Positions 25,931-38,081 of a stretch of DNA of 64,000 bases are shown piece by piece. The notes under the pieces were generated by a model that saw only the letters and a program-made list of their open reading frames with translations, was not told the DNA's origin and searched no databases. This DNA comes from Paecilomyces variotii (taxonomy: Eukaryota). The first letter of the stretch is position 1. Each line of letters begins with the position of its first letter. The position numbers and the translations under genes are program-made. The stretch is taken from assembly GCA_004022145.1 (NCBI GenBank), contig RCNU01000007.1; one strand, given 5' to 3'.

Positions 25931-26948
25931 GAGGTCAGTATCTGGGGCACTACTTAGTATGAGATCAGGGATAAGTTATATGTAATGCACAGATATTTAA
26001 TATATAAGTAAAACCAAAATCGAATCCTATAAAGAGTGGCCTTGAAAACGCACAGAGACTAATAGAAATACGGCTGTAAAAGGAAGCAGAAGGTAGAGAA
26101 GTTCTCCACTGGAAATAACCGCTCTCGCCTGTCCCAGTTGATACGACATTATTTAACGTATCAGAAAGCGGTGTGAGCGATACAACGCATACAAAAAAAA
26201 AAAAAACAATAAGGATTTGTGCAGGGTATTTGAAGCACTGGTGTCCAAAGATACAGTTTCCCTCTCGGAATATCAGGCTAACGTCGCAAGGAGATATTCT
26301 AGCAATATATCTTAGGGCTTGCAATTTCCCTCCATCCAACAGGATACTGTGCTTAAACCCGCATGGATCGTAACTACACTACTCGAGGATGTGCCAATTA
26401 TTACACTCTTTCTCCTTGAGACGTCCCAAGTCAGAGTAGTTGCAGGTCAAAGGTAAGTCTACCCGTTGGTCCTGCACATTGAGTGCTACTTTAAACTCTA
26501 GTTTCGCACTTTCGACCCTCGACACGACCATTGACGCCGAGTCTGTCCCTGTGGATAGTAATACCCCCTGACCACTTCTGGCAGCAGAGACGTAATCTTG
26601 CACGGGTGCGCGGGGAGGATTTGTAGTAGGAGCGATTGACCGACAAGAAGAAAGGTCCGTTAAGAGGAAAAGGGTCTTGAGATGGGATAGTACCTGACAT
26701 TAATGCTAACTTTACGAGTTCCCCTGCGGGCGGCGTTCAGGTAACGTAACCTTTGTGGATTCCCGATAAGGTGTCAGTAATCGAGCATACCTGTTATCCG
26801 CAGAGTCTGCGAAGATAATGTCAGAACAACGGACATCAGCATTGTCCTGATCAAAGATGGCTATATAGAATCAGAAACGACATTGGTATCTTGTTTTGCT
26901 TTTATATGCTCTTTTTCTTTGTAGTTAAGAAAACACATCGATCTCGTT

Positions 26949-27854
26949 CTAAAGGTACCAGCCGAGATCCCTGTCAATCAGTTGAATTACGGCCAACTCG
27001 GCGGGCCATACTTGAATAGACTCCTGGACTCGCCAGTACCAGTCTTCATCCCACTGCCAAACAAAAGGCCAAGATGCACAAAAGCATTCCCAGAAGTCAG
27101 GAAACCAGCCGGAATTTTCCCAATCGACCAGTACGACGTCAAATGATCGCCCACCTTGTTCATTTTTCCGACTTGTATTCTCCGCAACCATAATGTTCCT
27201 CTGCAGAACGTCCCCATGCGTCAATGTGGGCCGGTGACCTTGAAAGACGCGAGGGAAATGTTTTTCGTAGAAGCGAGCCTTGTAGTCTGGCCGGTTATTG
27301 CGTTCGACCAGGGCTCTATAATTACCGACAAGGGCCGCAACTAAGGCAGATTCGTCGGAGAAAGGCCCTAGGAATCTCTCATCGCCATGTTGGCTATAGA
27401 ATAGGTAGTGAGGTAGGCCGCCCCCGTCCAGGCTTCCGAAAAAGTCGGGCCATGGACACTCGGCCTTTCGCATGGCGTCGAATATTAGTTTGAGTTTGGC
27501 GATAATGTCATCCTTCTCGGACTCCGCCAATGATGGCCAGATCTTATCCAGCTGCACCCCGGGAACGCGTTGCATAATCAAGAAAAGTTGGCTGGAATCA
27601 TGGGGATCATGGTACATCGCATACAGTCGAGGGGCCGGAACTTCTGGGACGTGTCGTTCCAGGTAAACCAAAGCCTGGCCTTCCCGGACGTCTATACAAC
27701 CTCCATATTTTACAACAATATCGTCGTTGACCGCCACAACCTTGGAGGCGCTCGTCTCCCACAGAATATTGGTGCAGGCGCGGATTTCATCTGTTGTAGG
27801 TAGAGTAGGCAGAGGCTGGGAGTTCTGAAAGGGGACAGCCACTGGTTCCCACAT
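26949..27854 (-). CDS. APH/choline-kinase-like phosphotransferase family protein (intronless)
   Basis: VVKYG, EGQAL, VPAPRLY, THGDVLQRNI (Brenner motif) and LVDWENSGWFP. Confidence 0.88.
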   Translation of the reverse strand: MWEPVAVPFQNSQPLPTLPTTDEIRACTNILWETSASKVVAVNDDIVVKYGGCIDVREGQALVYLERHVPEVPAPRLYAMYHDPHDSSQLFLIMQRVPGVQLDKIWPSLAESEKDDIIAKLKLIFDAMRKAECPWPDFFGSLDGGGLPHYLFYSQHGDERFLGPFSDESALVAALVGNYRALVERNNRPDYKARFYEKHFPRVFQGHRPTLTHGDVLQRNIMVAENTSRKNEQGGRSFDVVLVDWENSGWFPDFWECFCASWPFVWQWDEDWYWRVQESIQVWPAELAVIQLIDRDLGWYL

Positions 27855-28643
27855 CGTGAACAGAGCAGGAGGCGACGGAGGTAGTGTTAAATATGGATGA
27901 TTGCCTGAATGGAAAGAAAATGAGGGGTAAAGGAAGATCAGCTACGCTAGCATTAAACGTGACCTGATTAGTTGCGCATATGGGATAACATCGGGCAAGC
28001 TAGAGAATGCACTGGAGTATTATCGAAACTATATTTGCGCATATGGAATGTTATTGAGTGGGCGACTAACTTGGACCTTTGGATTAAGTATCTTTGAAAA
28101 TCATAGCAATCCGAATGCCGCCGTTCCAGAGAGCTTACAGATTATCCAGGTAAATGTTTTGGTCACCCAATTCAAATTTCCAATCAGATTTAACAACTAG
28201 TCCAGTTGGCTTTTCAGGAAGATATAGTAAGACAAAAAGACATGTGCATGTGCAAACACTCGAAGTATATAGTAAATCGGCTTTTTATTGCGGCACGGAG
28301 TACGACTGTCCTTACCTAGTCACGGTTGTATTTCAGCGCCTTTAGGAATATCTATCGATCATAGCTTTCTACTCCGGTTCATGACAAAACTTAGTCTTTA
28401 TAGAGTCATGCAGTCAGCAAACCCATATAAGTAGAGAAAGCTAAATATCCTTTCTATTTTTTTTTTTTTTTCTGTGCAACTCGCTACCACTCAGATGCAA
28501 TCATTTTCTCATAGCCATATGTTTGATATTTGTACAATTTATGTCCATCAATTTTTCATAATGCGTAATGCGTAATGCTCATGCCAGATCCATTCTGTAA
28601 TCCGTATGGCAATCTCACCAACCAACTTAATTAAGCTGCCTAA

Positions 28644-29351
28644 CTAACCCAGGAGCACAGCCACAAGACCGGTCAAACCAGCCATGATCCCTGCATCCCA
28701 CGCCCTCGAAGCCAGGGTCACTCCACCGTTCGCATTCAAGGATGGGCTCGGAGACGAACTCTCTGCCGTGTTGGACGGCTGGACTATCGTAGTCGCTGTT
28801 GCGGTGCTGGTGATCGCGCCGCTAGTAGATGCTGCGGGTACGACTGAGGTGGCAGTTGATTTGAGCCCGGGGGTCGTTGTTGGAGAGGTAGTTTGGATGG
28901 TGAAGAGACCGGAAGACTCGCTGCTTGAAGGAGTAATTATCACGGTGCTGCTGCTGCTGGCAGTTGGAGAGGTAGGGTTTGTGGCGGAGGCAGAGGGCGA
29001 AGAAGTGGACCCCGAAGAGGACGAATCCGAAGTAGAGGACGATGAAGAAGAGTCCGAAGATGAAGCAGATTCGGATGCAGACGCAGACGTAGACGCAGTG
29101 GGCGATGAAGAACTCGTAGCCGTAGCCGTGCCAGTAGCTGTATTACTCGTAGCAGCACCAGTACCAGACGCACTGCCCGTCGCGACAATAGACGACCACC
29201 CAGACGGCAAGGGATCCGTCAAGGTAGGCAGAGCGAATCGCGAAGTATCAGCCGCAGAGTCTCGTTTCTGTTCAGCTTCGTATTCAGCGTATGCGACATT
29301 GCCGAGGCCGAGCAGGAGAGCCACGGCGGTGTAGGAGAGGTTGAGATGCAT
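28644..29351 (-). CDS. Secreted Ser/Thr-rich, probably GPI-anchored cell-surface protein
   Basis: N-terminal signal peptide, a KR Kex2-type site, an S/T/A-rich body, an omega-like NANGG and a hydrophobic C-terminus. Confidence 0.85.
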   Translation of the reverse strand: MHLNLSYTAVALLLGLGNVAYAEYEAEQKRDSAADTSRFALPTLTDPLPSGWSSIVATGSASGTGAATSNTATGTATATSSSSPTASTSASASESASSSDSSSSSSTSDSSSSGSTSSPSASATNPTSPTASSSSTVIITPSSSESSGLFTIQTTSPTTTPGLKSTATSVVPAASTSGAITSTATATTIVQPSNTAESSSPSPSLNANGGVTLASRAWDAGIMAGLTGLVAVLLG

Positions 29352-30593
29352 TTGGGTGTAATCCTTTCTTGGGTCTTGATGATTGAGACGGATGATGCAG
29401 ACCTCAAAGAGGTTGGAAAAAAAGGCACTGGTCTTTGATCTTTGTTGTATGTATTAACTAGAGAACCAGCTGAGCTGAGTGAGGTGTTGTTCTTTATTTA
29501 TCTGCCTAGGTACTTAGGTTGCCTCGCTCAGTCAGTCACACGACAGGATCTAAACATCACTCCACTTACTCACGTAGGTAGGACAGAATGCGTATGTATG
29601 TACCCACTAGTAACTAGCTGGCAAGCTGCATTGTACTGCGCGTACTATGCTATTGGCTCCGATTACTTCCAGCTTGGCCTTCTGAGCAGTATAATAAGAT
29701 AGTCTCTCTTATAGGAAACAGAAGCAACTACTCATCCACCCATCCTACCCTGCAGGGTCTGCAACGCACATCTTAAAACATCCAGGGCGTTTCAACTGAT
29801 GAAACAAATGTCACTGTCGATACCAGACATAAGGTCTACAGATCGGGTAAAGATCGTGCAGTCGGCACGTCGGATAGACTGGTAATGGTGCAACAGAAGA
29901 GGCCAAGGCCGAGGCGGACTCGGGCTTTAGATTAAACGTGACTGTACTCACTACCGGGAAGATTTGATGCTATGTATGTTCATGTTGGCTTGTTTCAGAG
30001 ATTATTCTGTTTCATAGTGAGAGTAGTAAATAAAGTCGTTTTTGCAGTTCTAATTTGGAGTGTTTTTCTTTAATTTTAAACACTGGCCTATCATTAGGTA
30101 CCTAGTCCGCCCAAAATATCATTTACTGGCCGTCCGCTGCTTATACCAAACTCCTCTTCTTTGTTCATCCTATAGCATGGCTTTTGGCTTCTATATTCCC
30201 TTGCTAGCTTGTAGTCACCGGCTGGCGTCATCCTTCTATCAGTGGTTAACGTCATTCATTGTCTCTGCTGCATTCCTTTCTGTTCAGATTCACTTAGGAG
30301 GTAATCATGTTTCTTCCCTTTTAGATTCACAGTAGGAGAATAAGATTTCGCATCTCCCTCTTCGGCCATAAAAACCCTTCTCTGTTCCTTCTTCTTCATC
30401 TTCCTTTCTCCTCCTTGCACACACTGGGCCGGTTCTACCCCTGGCCCACTGTGCTGGCTTTTATATATCGTGAGGACTTTTACTTAGTTATAGTTAGCTA
30501 GCGTCAGTAACCGACGCACATCTTTATCCCCTCCCACTTGTCCTTGCTAAATCCACTATTCTCTGCCGAGTGCCAACTTAGTATCGACGAAGT

Positions 30594-31494
30594 ATGGCGG
30601 CACCAATGCAAATCGACAGCGAGCTCTACGAACAATACGACAAGGAATGGGTAGCAAGAGCTTTATGGGATCCCGTCGAATACCAAAGGTAAGAAAGACC
30701 ACATAGCGACCGCCTATAAGTACAGGCATCATTATTTACTGACAGGTTGTATGTTTTGTTTTTCTAGCTTCCGCAACAACCAGCTAAGAATTCAGCGTGC
30801 TGCTATAGAACAATTTCCGAATTCCGCGGACCTTATCGCCGATTCACAGGACAGAATTAATTGGATCGAAAAACATACACCTGCAGGACCAGTGTATGTT
30901 TTGCTTTTTTTTTTTCCCCTAGATTATTCTCGCATGGAAGAAGAATATTTTTTCTATGCAATTTTACATACATTAGTTACCCACAGGCACCTGTGATTGC
31001 TTAACAAATAGTTAATATTATTTATTTATTTATTGGTTTAGGTTTCCGCCGTCTGAGCCGATAGGACTTACCCTACTCGCATATCATTGCATTGAGAGGC
31101 TGAAATATAGCCTGGCTCACATGCCATTCCTAAGTGAATCGAAGAGAGTCAATATCAATGCGGTCATTCGTGCTTACCGTAGCGGTTCCCTGATTCCCAA
31201 GCCGGGTGACATTACATACTGGTATGCCGGTATACAGAAAGAAGACCCGGGACCTCCAGGTCAGCGTGATGAAGCTCTTGCTCGGTGGACGAAGGAGCAT
31301 GGGGAAGGGTCAATGTGGATTGAATCTGTAAGTGTTTTTTTTTTTCCCCTTCGTTGCCTCTCGTTATGTGCCGTTGAAGAAAGGTACCCAACTAAATGAT
31401 AAATTAACTACCTATAGGTCGTACCAATGCACAACTGTAGCCCGCAAATGGCATCATTACCTATCTATTTACCCACCGTTACCTCAGGTACCTA
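30594..31494 (+). CDS. Multi-intron hypothetical protein; 3' end uncertain, possibly degenerate
   Basis: ATG at 30594. Canonical introns at ~30689-30768, ~30894-31041 and ~31328-31417 join into one frame (MAAPMQIDSELYEQ...NINAVIRAYRSG...WIESVVPMH...). A stop is reached at ~31494 unless further splicing occurs. Confidence 0.6.
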
Positions 31495-32145
31495 ATTTCA
31501 ATTCATGGCGACTCGGTACATTTCCCTATGGCCAAACAGACCTATAATTGAGCAACAGTGACCCGATCATCTCTACGGGCCCGGGTCCCGTACTCTGATG
31601 GCAAGGTAAGCCATCTACTCCATATCTCTGAATAAGTTAGTTTATAAAGTTGGTAAATGAATGAGGGAGATACGTCATATGCACTTCGTGGCAGACTGCT
31701 GGAAGATGCCTGTCCCATTGGGACCTCTCTGGCTCAATTCGATGTGTTGTTTATTTTCAAGAGTACTCCCCTGTATTGCCTGTGGATGTTTAATTATTAT
31801 TGGCCGATTTAATGACATATAATATCAGTTGTGCAATATAGCACGAGGCCGAGACTAGGATTTAGCATCGTGTAGAGAGTCTGTTTCTTAGATCCAGTAA
31901 TACATGATAAATAAAAATCGACGATATAGTACAGACGTATCTATCCCCTCGGCATGCACACTTCTTCTCGTGGAGGTCGCATGCAGATCGGATGTTATAC
32001 TCTCGTGCAACCACGGTGGCATGTCTCGTTTGGGAGACGAGACTGATATCTCCCACGAAGCTTGAAAGTTCTCGCCTTGTGTCGACAATGATAACAAGTG
32101 CAAGGACTTTCAAAGCTAATGCCACATCTCATTCATAGCACAAAT

Positions 32146-33195
32146 TTACTCTTTGCGGAGCGGCTTCACACCCTTGTGGATGGCCGCAATACCACAGCTG
32201 AGATTCTCATACCCAACGCCCGGGATCAGGAAACCAGCCTTCTGAATCATGCCGCGGAACTCCTCCTGGCTCGGGAACCTCTCGATACTCTCCACCAAAT
32301 ACTGGTAACTGGCCCTATCACCCGCGACAATCTGTCCGATCATAGGAATCGCACTGAAGCTCCATCGCTTGTAGACCTCATTAAACAGGCTGTTTTCAAC
32401 CTTGCTGAACTCCATACACGCAAACACACCACCAGGCTTCAGCACCCGGAACGCCTCATTCAGCGCGGCCTGCTTGTCGGTAAAGTTACGAATGCCAAAC
32501 GCGACCGTGTACAGATCGACCGAGTTGTCCGGAATGTCCGGCATCTTCTCCGCGTTGGCCTGCCGGAACGATAGTCTATCGGTGTTGTAGTAAGGTGTCT
32601 CGATGCTGCGCTTCTTGCCCTCCGCCAGCATGTCCTTATTGATATCCGCGACTGTGACTCGTGTCTTGTGGTCGTTGTTGATTTTAGTAGCGTGATCAAG
32701 CATGCGGAATGCGATGTCGCCGGTCCCGCCGGCGATGTCGAGGATATTCCATCCTTTCTCGGTCTCATTGAGGCGCGAAGGGATCGATGAGCCCGGGTTT
32801 AGGGATTGGACAAAGTGATCTTTCCACAGACGGTGGATGCCAAGGGACATGAGATCGTTCATTGTATCGTAGGACGCTGCGACGGAGCTGAATACCGCTC
32901 CAACTTTTTTTTCGCGCAGTGTTAATACTCAACTCCGCAGCAGCCCATTGAGCCAATTCAGAACGAAGCATAATGCAGAAATCTAGAAAAAAAAAAACTC
33001 ACCTAACGTCTCCTTTTGAGCCTCTGGGACCGTCTCGAATCCGAAATGCGTCATGCGGCCATTGGCGTCGGTCTTGGGCGTCTGCTCCTGTCTGGCGCGT
33101 ACGGAACATGAAAAGCAGCGGAAGGAGCTTCGGGGGGCAACGCTGCTTCGTTTGGCACCCTGCTGGATGCTCCTCCAGAGAGATTTGGAGGACAT
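32146..33195 (-). CDS. COQ5: Ubiquinone biosynthesis C-methyltransferase Coq5 (intron 32904-33002)
   Basis: THFGFETV, VFSSVAASYDTMNDLMSLGIHRLWK, LDIAGGTGDIA, YTVAFGIRN and YQYLVESIERFP. Confidence 0.96.
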
Positions 33196-34051
33196 TGTGA
33201 CTGTATGAGATTTCGTGCAAGGGAAAGATGGGCGACTGCGGAGGTGAAGTTGGAGGTAGGTTCGTATGCAGAACGTTGCGGAGCTCTCGTTTTCTGCCGG
33301 AAAGTCCGAGCTTCTCATTCGTCGGGAAGTTGTCAGGTACGAGACAGCTCGACATGGCCAGGAACAAGGGAGTATATACTAAAATTGTTGTATGCTGCGG
33401 TGGATTTTGATTGAATATAGTAATATTTATTACTATTCTGGACCATAAGTCTTGTGAAATCTCCCGATCGTGTGCTCGTGTGCTTTGAGATCCCACCGCA
33501 GACCCGTCATGGATGTTTGTCTTTCGATATCAATTGCTATGGTCTATTTTATGCCTCTGGGCATTGAAGTTGAAGGAAGCATACGCATATAAGAAGTCGG
33601 AAGTGATTTTAATAGTCGTCAGAGTTATTTTATCAGTGGTTTCCTCCACCAACAAGGTAGAATTCACAATTGACTGCTGCAGTCAAAACTCCTAAATATA
33701 TCCTACAATGGATGCTCTGACAGATAAACAGAGCCCAAGGTCAGTCCTACATCCAGTTTGCGTGAGCTTTCCCAGACCACCACCCAAAATTTGGAATTTG
33801 GTAGATGCCCAAATAGTTGGCAACATTTAATGCAGTCAAAATACTTTCTTTCGCCGATAATATATACGTAGCACCCGTGGCATCGTGCCGTATTGAATGT
33901 GAACTTGAAATCAACAAACACTCGAGGTCCTCAAGGTATGGACACGAGATAAACATGATGGGGGAAGAATAAAATAAAGGGAAATCCAGGAAAGTAGAAC
34001 AGCCGTGAAAGTCGTGATAAATCGTTAAAAGGAAACATTGAATGCGGACTC

Positions 34052-35463
34052 TCAGTTGTTGTCGTTGAACACCTGCTCTGGCTCGAAAACAGCAACGACA
34101 TCATTGTCGGCGTTCAGCAAACCGACAACAGAGACGTTGGAGCCTGCTCTCGTCGCATCTGACACTGACTGTCGCACATCGTGAAGCATACTAGCTGCAG
34201 ACACAAACAACCAATCCTTCTGTTCGACGGCCAGCGGCTCAGAGACGTCTGAGACATTCATATCCACGCTACTGCGGACGGACAGAGAGCGGACACGGCT
34301 GGGAGGGATGATTTCTGTAGGCGACAACTTGACCCAGGATTTCGCCGTAGGGTTCTGGATCGCCGTGAGAAGAATATCCAAGATTCGCACGTCACTGACC
34401 GAGGAAACAGTGGGAATGCTTGGGAGTGCAACTGCAATGTCGGATACCAATTGCCCACATTTGTTGTCAGAACTTGTGATACCTGCTGTCGGCTCTTGCT
34501 CTAGAGACTTCGCCCGGAGATAGTCCGATGGCACAGAAGTGGGCGATATCGATGGGGCTGATGTTGGCATCGATATAGGCGTCGGCGGCGAAAGAGCAGC
34601 ACCGATGGCGCCGCCTGGATGAAAACTCTTGAAAACCTCTGCGGGTCCCTTTCCCGGAAGAGGATGGAGTTTTCGCGCTGTGGCTATTGCCAGTGCATCC
34701 CCAAGCGCCAGTGCTACTGTGGTGGACGAGGTCGGAGCGCACACTCCAAATGAGCTCTCCTCATCCTCATGTATAGGAGCTGGCAGAAGGATCCCCATTT
34801 CTGGACGTTGGAACGATAGCAAGGGACAGATAGAAGGATCCATATGAGATGTCATAGCGATCACAGGTACCGTCGATGGAATATGAGGGAGGAGAAGGAG
34901 GAGTTCTGGGGTCTTGCCAGAAAACGATATCAGAAGCAGAGTATCGTTCTGTTGAAGATAGGTCAGTAACCGGCTCGATCGATGCAGACTTCGCAGGACA
35001 GTCACAGAAAGAGCAAAGCACTTACCGGTCGAATCATCCCTAGGTCTCCATGTAGGGCTTCCGTTGGATGTAAGAATGTACTGTATATGCCCATGCTGTT
35101 CATCGTCGCCTCCAACTTCCTCCCAATCTTTCCACTTTTGCCCACACCACATACCACCAATTTCCCGCCTTGCTTTATTGTTCTGACAATTTGGTTGACT
35201 GCACGAGCCATGTTCTCCTGAGCCAATCTGTCTGTTTGGTAGATGCATTCCAGATTTGCCAGGGCAGCTTTTTCTGTGGCGATTACATGGATGGCAGTGA
35301 CCACCGCTGCAGCGTCGTCGTTTGTCCGTAGTTGAGGATCCTCCGGCTCCGGTGGAGTCATCATGAGAGGAGGCATGGCATCTGGTAACGAGCAAATCGA
35401 AGAGATCGAAGGGGACACTGGGGTTATCGGCTGCTTGTTGGCTGCCATCGCGATAAAAGCCAT
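34052..35463 (-). CDS. SIS-domain sugar-phosphate isomerase, KpsF/GutQ-like (intron 34949-35025; start uncertain)
   Basis: CGVGKSGKIGRKL, FLHPTEALHGDLG, ISFSGKTPEL, APTSSTT...GDALA and FHPGGAIG. Confidence 0.85.
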
Positions 35464-37114
35464 GCTCGCCGCTGTGGCTGTGATAATCGGCAAACAGGCC
35501 ACGCCCGGAGGGTCAGTGGAAAGACGAAGGCCTTATTGCCCTCGTTAGATGCTCCAGGATAATTATTTCCGAAAAAAAGGATGGGGATACCAAGCTGAAG
35601 AGTGCGGAGGGGCGGCCAAGGCCGGAAATCGCTATACGCCCATCCCGATGGTGGTTGTGATTGATAACGGCCCCTGGAATGAAACACAGCCCCACACTGG
35701 GGATAAGAAAGTAGTACGATAATGAGCGGAACAAAGGAGAGAAGAATAGTTAACTAACAGTCCGTTTGAGCTGGACGATAATCATAATCAATTTCGCGTG
35801 CAACAATCTCGCCAATTGGGGCGAATGGAGGGGGAGGGGCAATCCGGCAAAACGATTCGCTGCCCTCGGCTGCTGGACTTGGCGGGCAAAGAGAAGAGAA
35901 AGGATTGTTATTATTATGGCTGATCACATCATCGCCGTGGTGAATTTCGAGATTTCCCGTAATCCACCAACACCAAAAGATGAAGCGTAGAGGGCAAATA
36001 GATACGGAGTAATGTATATGCATTATGCCAAAATATGGTATACGTACTTGCAACTGCATGCTGGATGCACAAGTGCGAATCCTCTCAGCTTTCGATCCAC
36101 TGCGGGGTTTGCATACCAGATCAGTCGAGATCGTAACTTATCGTCGTTCTTCTTACCGCTCAGGGAGATTTCGGCCTCTGATTAGCCTGACTTGTGCACC
36201 ATCGTCAGTCAGTTCCAATAATATTCGTATACAGGCTTTCATTGGAGATACCATATGTGTCTATAGCCAGAGAATGGCTGGCTGAACATGCCATCGGCAA
36301 CGCTTTGGGGAACAGATTATCGCATGTTTGCCACAGTTCGACTAACCTGCACATTTCTCCAATAACATTAGGCGGTCGCTGTCGAACCGTCACCTATGTA
36401 GTTGCACTAGATACAGGTCAAATTATTCCATCCGTGTTCAGGTGAACTCAAGACCAAAACCAGGCTGATGTCCAAAATTCAATCCGATCCACTAATCTAG
36501 GTGCAATATGCGCCACTCTTCCGTATCCAAGACACTTTTCGTAGCACCAAGCTTTCTTCGTCTGTAAGGAAACGAGGAATATATGTACAAAGGGTATCCA
36601 ACGTTGCAAATCATAAAAACACTCTGTGTACGGCCGAACCGTTCCTCGTAGCGCTTGAGGCGCCGCGGGCAGCCGCCGGCACAGACACGTAAAACAAGTT
36701 AAAACAAGTCTCCCTGACAGGCAGCAATATCTAATGGTAAGGCCGCCCTCGTGTTAAGAAGATACGACGAAACAGATCAATCGCCCTCGGTCAGCAACGC
36801 ATGACGGGGAACCTATCGTGCTTAGAAGTCTGCCACACAGCAGCGCTCCTGTGAGGTCGATAGTCGATGAAACTCCCGGAAAAACACGAATTATCGTCGC
36901 TCATGACAGGCCTCCTGTTGTGCATGTGTACGACGTCGACAGTTAGATGATGATGATAATCTTGACGCAGGGTTGGCAGTGGTGTTGCAGTTTCATGGTA
37001 TCAATGTAAGACTCGACCAGGGTAGCCGTTGAGTCTCCGTATCGTCTCTTGTTGAAGTTCCTAGGCTCACTCCCTCTAGGCCGAAAGTACTCCAGGGAAT
37101 GGTGCCCTCGAAAT

Positions 37115-38081
37115 TCAATCCGAGCTCACGACTTGTTTGCCCTTGCCCTTGTCATTTGTCTTGGTACCGGCCGCTCCGTCGTCCTCGTAGAGATGGTGTT
37201 GCTCGATATAGTGGATGACAGGAACCGGGATAAGGTAACGCACGCTCATCTCTCGTCTCAAGAATAGACGGATCTTAGTGCTGCTGACGTCATTCTGGAT
37301 GAGCTGCTGAATCACATAGATGTTATCCTTCCACGGCTGCAAGCTCGCAAGCGCCTCGTCGATGTCTGTGCCGCTGCGCTCGACGATGAAAGACTAGAAA
37401 GAAGATCAGCCAGGTCGCATATGCTGCCGGATAGGATCGCACGCACTCCATATTTACCCAGGATGTGATCAAGATCCTTCTCACTCCACACACCAGGAGT
37501 CGACATGGTGTGAATCAAATCCGCACCCGCCAGAAGGGCCACGCGGACCGGCTTGCGCGTCCCATTTCCGGTGTCAATGCCCTTCCGCACCGTGTTTATC
37601 TCGTAGTCAAAATGATCCAGGACAATAGCGGTAGGCTGATATTCCTTCTGCATCGGCTCCCACGGATCCACCATTAGCCAGTCGGACGTCTGCTCGACCG
37701 CCAGTTGGCACATGGCGATGCTGTTCACAATTTCTCAGTAGCTGTCTCTAATCAAACTAACAACGATGCGCCCTACCGATGCTCTGCGCTAGCCAGACCA
37801 GCCTTACGATAGGCGTCGGACACAGGGGACAGATAGCCCCCGATCAGCTCGAAGTCCGTGCTGAACTTGACGTAATCGGACGCCATCTCGAACATCCGCA
37901 AGTGTAGGTAGGTAATGGGGGAGAATGAACCACACGCAACCAGGAGGAGTGGTGTTTTCTCTGGATCATCCATCACCTTCTTCAGGCGCTGCTCGGGGAA
38001 GGCGTAGTCCTCCATTGGTGCTGGGGGGAGAGATGGTGGCACCTGGTGCACGTCGTCACTCTTCTCTCCGGTCGTCGCCAT
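37115..38081 (-). CDS. NMA1: Nicotinamide/nicotinate mononucleotide adenylyltransferase (3 exons)
   Basis: GSFSPITYLHLRMFE, SPVSDAYRK, LAGADL, W...DLDHIL and NDVSSTKIRLFL. An alternative in-frame ATG lies at 38120. Confidence 0.95.

Noticed and set aside
26379-26700. Two overlapping short minus-strand ORFs that might be a pseudogene
   Set aside because: No recognisable motif or consistent splice model.
28684-29334. 216-aa antisense ORF over the GPI-protein gene
   Set aside because: It is a shadow of Ser/Thr/Ala-rich codons and has no independent features.
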